In this document: in pieces, positions 17,010 to 25,739 of the stretch
How positions within the stretch are numbered: position 1 is the stretch's first letter
Layout: each line of letters opens with the position of its first letter
NCBI RefSeq assembly: GCF_018398935.1
Contig: NZ_CP074694.1
Coordinates: forward strand, 2,040,001 to 2,072,000
Reading direction: 5' to 3'
Length of the DNA stretch: 32,000 nt
From: Telmatocola sphagniphila
Lineage (GTDB): Bacteria > Planctomycetota > Planctomycetia > Gemmatales > Gemmataceae
Program-made: the position numbers and the translations under genes
The notes under the pieces: model-generated
Seen by the model: the letters and a program-made list of their open reading frames with translations, nothing else
Databases searched by the model: none
Told to the model about the DNA's origin: nothing

Positions 17010-20000
17010 ATGAAAACCTGTCCCGATCAAAATGCTCTGACGCAGTTGCTCGAAGAGCAGTTGGCCCCCAACCGGCTCGAGGAGCTGCTCCAGCATATCG
17101 AACACTGTTTGAATTGTCAGAATCAACTCCAGGACCGGACGGACCAGGAAATGACCTCCTGGAGCCCGTTCTTTTCCCCGCTTCGCGAGAAGCCGGAACC
17201 AACTCCCGAGCAACCGACTTATCTTCCGGCCTTCCTCGAGTCCCACCGGCCTCCCCACTCCGCTTCTCCCCTCGATGCTCTTTCCGAGGCCCCCTGGCCT
17301 TCGGTCGACGGCTACGAACTTCTCCGAGTCTTAGGACGCGGAGGAAGCGGCGTTGTCTATGAAGCGCGGCAACGGACGCTCGACCGAGTCGTTGCCCTGA
17401 AACTGCTTCGCGCCGACTTAGTCCGCGATCCGCGGGTTCGAGAGCGGCTCCAACAGGAAGCGGCGATCCTCTCCCGGATGCAACACCCCAACATCGTGAG
17501 CGTCTTCGATTTCCTGGAGTCGGAGGGCTCTCCCTGCCTGGCTCTGGAATTGGTTCGGGGGGGGACGCTCGCGAGCTGGAGCGCTAAAACTCCGGTAGCG
17601 ACCCGGGTCGCCGTCGAAATCTTAATTCCCATCACGCGAGCCATCGAATACGCCCATTCCCTGGGCATCCTGCATCGGGATCTGAAACCCAGCAACGTAT
17701 TGCTAGCCACTTCCGAGACTGCGCCCCGGCCAAACTCCGAGAAATCGGGAATTCCTCCCGAAGCGATCAAGGTCACCGATTTTGGCTTGGCCAAATACTT
17801 TGGCAGCGCAGAAAATCTCGAACGCTCTTTGACCGAAACCGGGATGATCGTGGGTACCCCGTCCTACCTGGCCCCGGAACTCGCCAGCCAACCTTCCTCG
17901 AAGCTGGGCCCGGCCGCGGATATCTATTCGCTCGGCGCGATCTTGTATGAACTGCTCACCGGACGTCCGCCCTTCCAGGCCGACACCCCACTGAACACCC
18001 TACTGCTGGCAATTCAGGAAGAACCGCTTTCGGTGGCGCGCCTGCAACCCCAAGTTCCGCGCGATCTCGGGACGATCTGCATGAAGTGCCTGGAGAAAGA
18101 TCCGCGCAAGCGCTATGGCCAAGCCGAAGATTTGCGCAAAGACCTCGAGCGATTCCAAGCGGGGGAAAACATCCTGGCCCGCCCGCTGGGAACGCTGGAA
18201 AAAGCGACGAGACTCGTTCGGCGGCACCCGTCGCAATCACTATTGATCCTGACCCTGGGGCTGGTTTTGATCGGATCTTTGGCCGCCGTGGGGAATCAGT
18301 ATCAGAAGACCCGAGGGGCGCTTGGGGATCTGACCCAACGGACCCAATCCGAAGCCCGCGCCCACGAAGCCGCCGATCGCGCGCGGGAGCGATCGGAACG
18401 AGCCTCCCTGGAACTGCTTTTGGATCAAAGCGTGACGCTGTGCCAAAAAGACGATCTGGCGAGTGGGTTACAGGGGCTGGCCTCCGGACTCGAGCGGGCC
18501 GGCGCGGCCGATTTTCCCGATTTGAAATCGGTGTTGGCCAAGAATCTTCAAGCCTGGAAAAATCAAACGCTCCTTCCGAGAGTCAGTCCGCGCTTCGGGT
18601 CTTCGGTCACCTCGCTGGCGTTTGATAGTCGGGGACAAAAAATACTCGTCGGTCTGTGGGGTAACAAGGATCAAAAACCTGGCCCGGGCGAAGCCCGGCT
18701 CTGGGACGTGGCTACCTGGAAACCCCTGAGCCCCCCTCTGCCGCACCCGGGAGCCGTATTGGCCGTCGCCATGAGCCCGGACGATCGCTACCTGCTCACC
18801 GGGAGTTTCGACGGTTCGGTGAAACTCTGGGACAGCTCCTCGGGGCAACCGATCTGGGAATCTTCGCGGGAATTTCAACGCGTTTTCAGTGTGGCTTTTC
18901 GCCCGGATGGACGGCACTTTGCCGCGGCGGGACTTTCGAATGACCCGAAATTCCCCGGGGAGGCGCGGATTTGGAATTTGCTCTCAAAAGAGAGGGCCTT
19001 TCCGGCCATACGGCAGTCGGGAATCCTCACCTGCCTCTCGTATAGTCCCAATAGTCAGTGGCTGGTCACGGCGGGGAGTAGTTCGTGGGGAGAAGATCGA
19101 CTTCACTCCGCGGGAGAATGTCGTCAATGGAATGCCGATACCGGAACTCCGGTCGGTCCCGCTTTGATGCACTCGGGATTAGTTCGAAGCGCCGTCTATA
19201 GTCCGGAGGGGAATACGCTACTCACCGGAGGAGTGGACCAAGCGGTGATTTCTTGGAATCGTCAAACCGGTCAGCGTCAGCCTCCCTTGCTTCTCCAGGA
19301 GTTTGGAATTCAATCCTTAACGTGTTCGAAGGAGGGCCGCTTCCTCCTGAGTGGCGGCGGACGATCGGATAAAGAATCACCGGTCCAAAAAGCGGCCTGT
19401 CTCTGGGATGCCGAGACGGGAGCGCGCTTGATGGCCCCCTTAATCCAATCCGACGACGTGTCGGCGGTGGCCTTTCGACCCGAGCACCCTGCCTTTGCTA
19501 CCGGAGGCCGCGACGGCAAAGTCCAACTCTGGGAATTCGCGAGTCTTCTCCCGGCCTGGGAAAAACGCTACGCGACGCCGTTATCGGCCGTGTCGTATAG
19601 CCCAGATGGGCGATTTCTCGCCGTCGCCGGGGATCAGAAGAGTCCCGCTCGAGGCTTAATCGAACTTTTGGACGTCTCCGAGCCGAGTCGAACTTACCGC
19701 TTCGGTGAAGGCTGGGATCCGGTGGAGGCCCTCGCGTTCACGCCCGATAGCCGTAGCCTCGCCGTCAGTTATCGAGGAAACGCTCGGGTCGAACTCTACG
19801 AGGTCCCCTCGGGAAAAAGAATTCGGCCGCCGCTTCCGCACGCCGGAACGCCGCGCCAGCTCTCGTTTTCGCCCGATGGCCGTAAGCTGCTGGCGTTTAC
19901 CCCCGGGGCCGTCGGAGTCCTCTGGGATTTGACGTCTGGTCGGCCCCTTTGGGAATGTCAGCATCAAGGCAACCCCATTCAGGCGACGGCGTTGAGTCCC

Positions 20001-20582
20001 GACGCCAAAGTCCTGTTAACCGGAGGAAAAGATGGGGTGGTCCGATCCTACTCGGCCGAAAACGGCCAATTTCTGCGGGAACTGGCGCGCACTTCCGGAA
20101 CCATCCTTTCCTTGAATTTCCACGAGGATTCCCAGGAGTATTACGTCGGCGATGCAGAGTCTCATCTGTCGGTGGGGAATCTCGACTCGGAAGAACCGCC
20201 GAACCCGCTGTTATCGCATACCCGCTCGGCGGTGCAGAAGATTCTTCCCTTGAATTTTTCCCATCGCGTGCTGACCCTCACTCAAAACGCCTACAGTCAG
20301 TTCGGCGAAATTTGGATTTGGGATCTGTCCCAGAATAAAGCGGAAGTGAAGCAGGCTTGGGGCTTAAACGCCACAAAAGTGCTTTACAACGCTCCGACGC
20401 AGACTTTCCTCACCGCGGATGGCAATCGCAATTTACAACTGTGGGATGCGGTGACCGGGCGGACGATTGGGCCCGCCCGAAAACATCCGGGCCACATCAC
20501 CGGCTTTGACTTTGCCCCCGATGGAGCCAGCTACGCCGTCGTCGGGGAAAAGGGCTATCTCCGCATCTGGAAAACCCCCTGA
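17010..20582 (+). CDS. Ser/Thr protein kinase with N-terminal anti-sigma-like zinc-finger motif, one TM helix and a C-terminal WD40 array
   Basis: HIEHCLNCQ (H-x3-C-x2-C) in the first 40 aa. Kinase motifs GRGGSGVVYEA, VALK, HRDLKPSNVLL, DFGLAK, GTPSYLAPE. TM helix LLILTLGLVLIGSLAAVG. Many WD-like blades from about 18630: GSFDGSVKLWD, GGRDGKVQLWE, GGKDGVVRSY, LQLWDAVTG, YLRIWKTP. Confidence 0.9.
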   Translation: MKTCPDQNALTQLLEEQLAPNRLEELLQHIEHCLNCQNQLQDRTDQEMTSWSPFFSPLREKPEPTPEQPTYLPAFLESHRPPHSASPLDALSEAPWPSVDGYELLRVLGRGGSGVVYEARQRTLDRVVALKLLRADLVRDPRVRERLQQEAAILSRMQHPNIVSVFDFLESEGSPCLALELVRGGTLASWSAKTPVATRVAVEILIPITRAIEYAHSLGILHRDLKPSNVLLATSETAPRPNSEKSGIPPEAIKVTDFGLAKYFGSAENLERSLTETGMIVGTPSYLAPELASQPSSKLGPAADIYSLGAILYELLTGRPPFQADTPLNTLLLAIQEEPLSVARLQPQVPRDLGTICMKCLEKDPRKRYGQAEDLRKDLERFQAGENILARPLGTLEKATRLVRRHPSQSLLILTLGLVLIGSLAAVGNQYQKTRGALGDLTQRTQSEARAHEAADRARERSERASLELLLDQSVTLCQKDDLASGLQGLASGLERAGAADFPDLKSVLAKNLQAWKNQTLLPRVSPRFGSSVTSLAFDSRGQKILVGLWGNKDQKPGPGEARLWDVATWKPLSPPLPHPGAVLAVAMSPDDRYLLTGSFDGSVKLWDSSSGQPIWESSREFQRVFSVAFRPDGRHFAAAGLSNDPKFPGEARIWNLLSKERAFPAIRQSGILTCLSYSPNSQWLVTAGSSSWGEDRLHSAGECRQWNADTGTPVGPALMHSGLVRSAVYSPEGNTLLTGGVDQAVISWNRQTGQRQPPLLLQEFGIQSLTCSKEGRFLLSGGGRSDKESPVQKAACLWDAETGARLMAPLIQSDDVSAVAFRPEHPAFATGGRDGKVQLWEFASLLPAWEKRYATPLSAVSYSPDGRFLAVAGDQKSPARGLIELLDVSEPSRTYRFGEGWDPVEALAFTPDSRSLAVSYRGNARVELYEVPSGKRIRPPLPHAGTPRQLSFSPDGRKLLAFTPGAVGVLWDLTSGRPLWECQHQGNPIQATALSPDAKVLLTGGKDGVVRSYSAENGQFLRELARTSGTILSLNFHEDSQEYYVGDAESHLSVGNLDSEEPPNPLLSHTRSAVQKILPLNFSHRVLTLTQNAYSQFGEIWIWDLSQNKAEVKQAWGLNATKVLYNAPTQTFLTADGNRNLQLWDAVTGRTIGPARKHPGHITGFDFAPDGASYAVVGEKGYLRIWKTP

Positions 20583-20875
20583 ATTATTACGCAGAACGAT
20601 AGTTCCCAATTGCTTGGCCATGGGCTTCCGGCCGTTGCAATTTATCCGTAAAGCTCAAACGGTAGACGATCGGTAACGAACCCCAACCCGCTTTCCCGGA
20701 AGCGTCTTCCCGAATCGGCACGAGCAAAGGCTTCTGGGGTCAAGGTCTCCCCTCCCCGATCGAACCGGCCCGTTCGAGAGGAGGCCTCATTCGATTCTGT
20801 ATCGTCGATGGGAAGATCTCCGCTGTCGGAAGAGGGAGGGTCGGGCTGAGGAATGGATTCGAACGCCGCCCTACG

Positions 20876-20900
20876 ATTCTGGCTCGCCAGGAGCCAGAAT
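20876..20900. repeat. perfect palindrome (10-bp arms, 5-nt spacer) between convergent genes
   Basis: ATTCTGGCTC gccag GAGCCAGAAT. No U-tract follows on either strand, so it is not a canonical intrinsic terminator. Confidence 0.4.
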
Positions 20901-20954
20901 CAAGATATCGAAAGGCGATTGAGAGCCGGAAGCCGTTTTTTCCTGCACAAATAA

Positions 20955-22127
20955 TTAGAATTTCTCAAAAAGATCAATCTTGGGCCAGTGTTCCTGTTTT
21001 CGAATCGCCTCGATGAGTTCTTTTCTCCAAGCGTTCGCCCCGTCCGGCTTCTCCGAATCCTCTTTATCCGCGCTGGTATTGAAGAATACCGCATAATCCA
21101 CATTGCTGGGCAGGTGTTCCATATAGGTAGCGATCCCGGCGATCCCGCCATTTTTTTCATAGAGGTACTTACCCTCTTTCTCGGCGATCACCGAATCCCA
21201 GCCCAGTCCATTGTGTTTATCCTTGGAGGGGAGACTAGGCAACGGAGCCAGCATTTCCCGATAGGACGCTTTGGTAAGGAGCGGTTTGCCCCGAGTTCCT
21301 TCCAAGGCGGTCAAGAACTTGACAAAGTCGATCGGCGAGGCGATCCAACAACCGTCTCCTTTGATTTGATTTTTGGTTCCTCCGGGGAGTTCTTTCCGTT
21401 CCGAACCGACATAGCGATGCGCCTCTTTCGGAAAGTAGCCGGTCTCTTTGGTATCCAAGCGCATATCCTTGATTCCCGCCGGGGTCAGAACATGTTGGAT
21501 GGTGTAACTTTCGTAGTCCTCTCCGGCCGCCGCCTTGACCACTTCCCGAAGTAACAGGAATCCCAGGTTGGAATAAACGGATTTCGTACCCGGATCAAAC
21601 TCCAGGGGATCTCGCATATTTTCGCTGATGAAGTCGGCAATCGCGGCGGCGTCCCGCTTATGCTTGCCATCCCGGGGCAGTCCCGACGCATGATGTAACA
21701 ACTGGCGAACGGTAATCTCGTAGTAGCGGGGATCGACTTTAACGCCCGGCGGTGGTTTAATCGATTTGACGATCCGAAAGGCCTTGTCGTCCAATTTCAA
21801 TTTGCCCGCTTCCACTAATTTGAGAATGGCTACTCCGGTAAAGGGCTTGGTGCAACTGGCCACATTGAAAAGGGTCCTCGGTTCCACCGGAGTTTTCTCG
21901 GCGATATTGGCCCAGCCGTAACCCTTGGCGAATACAAGTCGACCATCTTTGCTAATGGCCAGGGAAGCACCGGCGATCTTGTGCTTCTGCACCGTCTCCT
22001 GCAGGACTTTATCGATCCCCTCCAGCCCCGGACCCGCCCTTCCGGTGGACGAGTGTTCTTGGCCAAAAGCATTCGAGAGGAGGACCAGTAAAGAGAAAAG
22101 CGAACTGCCGATTTTCAGCGTCCTCAT
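20955..22127 (-). CDS. secreted beta-lactamase-family serine hydrolase
   Basis: Signal peptide MRTLKIGSSLFSLLVLLSNAFG. SxxK active-site motif in NVASCTKPFTGVAILKLVEAGKL. ATG at 22127 is preceded by GGGGGAG; the ORF track start at 22145 is a TTG further upstream. Confidence 0.85.
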   Translation of the reverse strand: MRTLKIGSSLFSLLVLLSNAFGQEHSSTGRAGPGLEGIDKVLQETVQKHKIAGASLAISKDGRLVFAKGYGWANIAEKTPVEPRTLFNVASCTKPFTGVAILKLVEAGKLKLDDKAFRIVKSIKPPPGVKVDPRYYEITVRQLLHHASGLPRDGKHKRDAAAIADFISENMRDPLEFDPGTKSVYSNLGFLLLREVVKAAAGEDYESYTIQHVLTPAGIKDMRLDTKETGYFPKEAHRYVGSERKELPGGTKNQIKGDGCWIASPIDFVKFLTALEGTRGKPLLTKASYREMLAPLPSLPSKDKHNGLGWDSVIAEKEGKYLYEKNGGIAGIATYMEHLPSNVDYAVFFNTSADKEDSEKPDGANAWRKELIEAIRKQEHWPKIDLFEKF

Positions 22128-22495
22128 CGAATCTCCCCCTAACAACTGAAAGAAGCGAATTGGCGGTTTGGATTTTTCAAAATGCTTTCCTTCAGATTAG
22201 AAAGACCGGCGTTTCCTTCAAAGGGAAGACCCAGGAGTTTTTGAGTTAAAAAATCGTGAAGCCTCTATAAAAATGCTTTCATTTTAGATCGCGCTTTTGG
22301 CGAACTCCAACTTAGAATCGAGTCAAATCTCAACTTTCGCAAACTGCTCATGGAATAGGTAATGCAATAGAAATCGCTGCCCTGCCGGAAGGAGTCAACG
22401 ACTCCCAAGAACTTGCTCTTTTTTAAAGTAAACCACCACGTCCTTTCCAGATCCCTGGGAGGCTTCGCACACGCCGGCGGAGACTAGAAGACGCA

Positions 22496-23443
22496 CTACT
22501 TCTTGATCTTTTCCCACAGCCCAAGGATACCGCCGGCTACCAACAGGAGGACGAAGAAACGGCCCCAGCCGAGCTGATTCTGGATACTATCGTAGGCCCC
22601 CGCCAGACCTCGACGAGGCGCCGGCGGCAAAGTCCCCTGATTGGTACTTTTGAACTTGCTTGCTGCGTTTCGCGCGGCCTCACTCTGAAAGAGTTCAACG
22701 ATCGAAACGGGTTTCTCCAAGGCCATTCCCTCGACTCCGGTAAAGACCATATCGTCGATCTTCCAACCGCTGGATAGGATCAACCGAAAGTACCCCTCCA
22801 TTTTCTTTCTTTGGCCCACCTCCGAAAACCAGGTCGAGCCGCGAAAGCCTACCATTTTGATCCCCGGCTGGGGACCATCGGTTTCGCGGGTGAACTCGAA
22901 CTGGTCGTTGGGATCCTCGGGGGTTTGCTCCTTGTAAAGTTGTTCGATCCAGGTTTGCATCCGGGGTGTGGTGTAATTCTTAGCTTCGATCGGCGTTTTC
23001 GCCTCCTGCAATTTCTGGCAGACCTCCATGGGGGTATAAGGCCGTAACCATTCATTGACTTGATACCCCAGCCAGCCGAGAATCCCGAGCGTTCCGAGAG
23101 CCATGCCGAGGAAGATCGCCAGCGACAATCGATCGGGTGCGGGCGGGGAAGTGGGAAGGGTTGGAGATCCCGAGGTTGCATTCTTGGGGTAAGGGACGAG
23201 TGGTGCGGGGCTGTTCTGGAGAAGAGTGGGAGGTTTGGGAAGGGGCTTTTCCTCGAGCGTTCCGAAACCGGGGAACTGTCGTAACGGTTGCCACTCCTGA
23301 CCGCCGACCAGACTGGCGCGCGTGTCCCCATGGACCCGCCCGGCGGAAATCTCAGCGTGTACTTGTTCCACGGTAAAGGGACCCGTGGGCAAATCGGCGA
23401 TCAGGAGCCAGTATTGAACGGGGGCCAGAGAACTACTATTCAT
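22496..23443 (-). CDS. GYF_2 (DUF4339)-like domain membrane protein
   Basis: N-terminus QYWLLIADLPTGPFTVEQVHAEISAGRVHGDTRASLVGGQEWQPLRQFPGF fits the GYF_2 pattern. Proline-rich linker, then TM helices (LAIFLGMALGTLGILGWLG and FFVLLLVAGGILGLW). Confidence 0.6.
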   Translation of the reverse strand: MNSSSLAPVQYWLLIADLPTGPFTVEQVHAEISAGRVHGDTRASLVGGQEWQPLRQFPGFGTLEEKPLPKPPTLLQNSPAPLVPYPKNATSGSPTLPTSPPAPDRLSLAIFLGMALGTLGILGWLGYQVNEWLRPYTPMEVCQKLQEAKTPIEAKNYTTPRMQTWIEQLYKEQTPEDPNDQFEFTRETDGPQPGIKMVGFRGSTWFSEVGQRKKMEGYFRLILSSGWKIDDMVFTGVEGMALEKPVSIVELFQSEAARNAASKFKSTNQGTLPPAPRRGLAGAYDSIQNQLGWGRFFVLLLVAGGILGLWEKIKK

Positions 23444-23503
23444 GGCGAATCTCGGTTAAAAGTGCTCGATTGTCACTCATAGTCGATACACTTAAAGTCT
23501 ACA

Positions 23504-23517
23504 CGAGATTAATCTCG
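23504..23517. promoter_or_regulatory. 14-bp perfect palindrome overlapping the RBS region of the XRE regulator (candidate operator)
   Basis: CGAGATTAATCTCG ends 5 nt before the ATG at 23523, in the 79-bp divergent intergenic region. Confidence 0.3.
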
Positions 23518-23522
23518 TTTCA

Positions 23523-23762
23523 ATGGTGAAACGAGAACGCATCCCCGGGATTCAAGAACGATTTGGCACCGCGGTGAAATTCCGACGCGAGAAATTGGGA
23601 CTCACGCAGGAAGATCTCGCCGCGGCCGCGGGCATCCACCGCACTTATTTGTCCGATGTGGAACGGGGCTCCCGCAATCTGAGTCTGGTGAATATCGAAA
23701 AGCTGGCCGCCGCTCTGGCTTGGAAGATCTCGGAACTTTTTGCCTACGTCGAACGAAGTTAA
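23523..23762 (+). CDS. XRE-family HTH regulator resembling restriction-modification controller (C) proteins
   Basis: LGLTQEDLAAAAGIHRTYLSDVERGSRNLSLVNIEKLAAAL parallels the C-protein pattern (..R.Y....ERG.RN.SL.NI.KLA.AL). 79 aa. Confidence 0.8.
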   Translation: MVKRERIPGIQERFGTAVKFRREKLGLTQEDLAAAAGIHRTYLSDVERGSRNLSLVNIEKLAAALAWKISELFAYVERS

Positions 23763-24077
23763 TTCCGCCTTTTTCCTCCAGCGTCGGTATTTTCTCCTCG
23801 AATGCAATTAGAGGGTGTTGAGGTTTACCGATCCTTAGTTATTGCGATTAAACCTCCTGGAGAAGTAATGTAGAGCCTCTTGCCTTCGCCCCTCCGCTTC
23901 CAACCAAGAACCAGGCTCTGCCAACCTTTGATTCCGCCAATTAAATCACACCAGTTGGAAATTTTGACGGCTTTTTGGAAAGAGAATTTTTTCTACAGCC
24001 AAAAACCCTTGCATCGTTTGACCTAATGGCTTAAGCTGAGGCTCTCTCTCCCTCCAAAACCCTTGGAGTTTTTTGTT

Positions 24078-24386
24078 ATGAAAAGTCCTATTCTTGAAGA
24101 AGAAGCTCGAGAGCTTCATTACGCGATTTGTTATTTTGGATCTAATTGTCCGCATCCGTTCGGATTGATTTCTTCACTCATTTCGAATGCCACGACCAAA
24201 ACATGTATGGAGACCTTCGAGTCGTCCGATGAAGCTGAAAAACGGCTTCAGGATGTGATCAAAACTACCGAGGCGCCGATCGTCACAAAGGTATCAAAAA
24301 TTGATATGTTGCGTCGGTGGCAAAACCAAATTCGAGCGACGAATAAGGAATACGACATTAACTTTGTCATGAAGATGAATGAATAG
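24078..24386 (+). CDS. hypothetical protein (102 aa) in the low-GC spacer
   Basis: The only sizeable ORF in 23.8-25.1 kb. No recognisable motif or convincing RBS. Composition differs from the neighbours. Confidence 0.25.
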   Translation: MKSPILEEEARELHYAICYFGSNCPHPFGLISSLISNATTKTCMETFESSDEAEKRLQDVIKTTEAPIVTKVSKIDMLRRWQNQIRATNKEYDINFVMKMNE

Positions 24387-25114
24387 AAATTGCTGATATT
24401 TTTGGTCGCGAAACAGATGGGGACTACACGCCGCCTCCACACGGATGCGGAGGTGCGCGTCAGGATGCTCGTACTATCAGACTCTTATCCACTCCTGAGA
24501 GTACGCGTACAACTGGTTTACTGGTATCGCTCCAGTTCGACTGGCTCTGAAAACGTTGATAGAAACCACTGTCAGTCGTATCGCTTCGGCCGTCCGAACC
24601 TGATTTCGAGGCTCGGTTACAGTCCGAAATGCAAACTTCGCAAACTTCGTTTCTCACGCAAACGAAACAATAGGACGCCGTGATAGTGTTTTTTATGATC
24701 TGCTCGATGGTGTCTAAAGTTTTGTGAAGAGTGCCCCTCGCTTGGAGCTTGTGCCGAAGGGAAGAGCCTCCCACCAAGATGTCAATCCCCGTAAATGGAG
24801 GATTCCTTCAAAAGATATCTCTTTCAACAAGCTGTCCTTTATTGCCGCTTCATTCGTCGGCTCTTCTGCCAGGGGAACTCCAGCTCGGCCTGCCCTATTC
24901 AAAGAGCCTACTGGCACAGGGCGTATCTCAAGATTACCAAAGTGTCAGTAGTTCCGCGATACTCGAATCTCCCTAATGGCTATCCCATTGGAGCCCTCTA
25001 AATCTTCTCTAAATTCCCAGCCTTTTTGCGTCAGTACCTTTGAGGGAAGTCTAGCTTTGGCTTCTTTCCGGTGAGCCTCTTTTGAGGCACCACTTTACCC
25101 CTTTTCAATCCACG

Positions 25115-25139
25115 ACAACCACCGACCCCCGGCGGTTGT
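25115..25139 (+). promoter_or_regulatory. leader hairpin just upstream of the first operon RBS
   Basis: ACAACCACCG acccc CGGCGGTTGT (10-bp stem, one mismatch), followed by TTCGTTTC and then AGGAG at 25148. Confidence 0.25.
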
Positions 25140-25159
25140 TTCGTTTCAGGAGACTACTC

Positions 25160-25441
25160 ATGCTCATTCCGATGACCGTTCCTGTTTCTATTCCCGTGCT
25201 GTCGCTCGAAGCTCGCCAGCAGGCGTTCGTGACGATTCTGCCCCTGTTGGAGACGAAGGCTCGTTTCGCCTTGCGAGATCTGGCCTCTCCGCACGATCGC
25301 GAAGATGCCGTGGCCGAAGTGGTCGCCCTGGCCTGGGAGCATTTCCGGCAATCCCGACCTTTGCCGGCCTCGCGTTTTATCCAGCAGATCCCACTGTTTA
25401 TCGCCACAGTACGACAACGCCTGAGCTCTTGCCCGGTCTAA
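25160..25441 (+). CDS. hypothetical protein (93 aa), first gene of the operon
   Basis: ATG at 25160 with AGGAG 7 nt upstream. The helix-rich segment REDAVAEVVALAWEHF is only vaguely reminiscent of sigma-70 region 2. No firm assignment. Confidence 0.5.
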   Translation: MLIPMTVPVSIPVLSLEARQQAFVTILPLLETKARFALRDLASPHDREDAVAEVVALAWEHFRQSRPLPASRFIQQIPLFIATVRQRLSSCPV

Positions 25442-25470
25442 ATCTTCCTCCCTTTCAAAAAGGATTTCTG

Positions 25471-25665
25471 ATGTCCCGACGCGTTTTGCTCGAAGAGTTT
25501 CATCTGTCGTTTCTGATCCTCGCCGATACGGCCGAAGCCGAAGTGCAGAGAATCCGTCGGCAATTGAATCGCACCCGCTTCCAGGCCCTGCTCCGAAGAA
25601 CTCTGCTGCATTTCTTCCGGAAGTATCGGGCTCTCGATTCGGTGGTCTTTAAGCTGTCTCGGTAG
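25471..25665 (+). CDS. hypothetical small basic protein (64 aa)
   Basis: ATG at 25471 with AAGGA upstream. Arg-rich helical sequence; no recognisable family. Confidence 0.45.
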   Translation: MSRRVLLEEFHLSFLILADTAEAEVQRIRRQLNRTRFQALLRRTLLHFFRKYRALDSVVFKLSR

Positions 25666-25739
25666 AGCCGCCTCGCGGTGTCTACCCAATTGTCTTCTCT
25701 CTATTCGCCTAATTTCCAATCTCACACAGGAATAATCCC

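Noticed and set aside
17357-20621. Several 60-180 aa ORFs on both strands inside the kinase/WD40 gene (e.g. 17357..17794 -, 18086..18625 +, 18468..18917 -)
   Set aside because: They are shadow ORFs typical of GC-rich coding DNA: Arg/Pro/Ser/Gly-rich translations that fully overlap a 1190-aa ORF with clear kinase and WD40 motifs.
20876-20900. Palindrome as intrinsic terminator for the convergent kinase and hydrolase genes
   Set aside because: The stem is perfect, but no U-tract follows on either strand. I keep it only as a repeat of unknown function.
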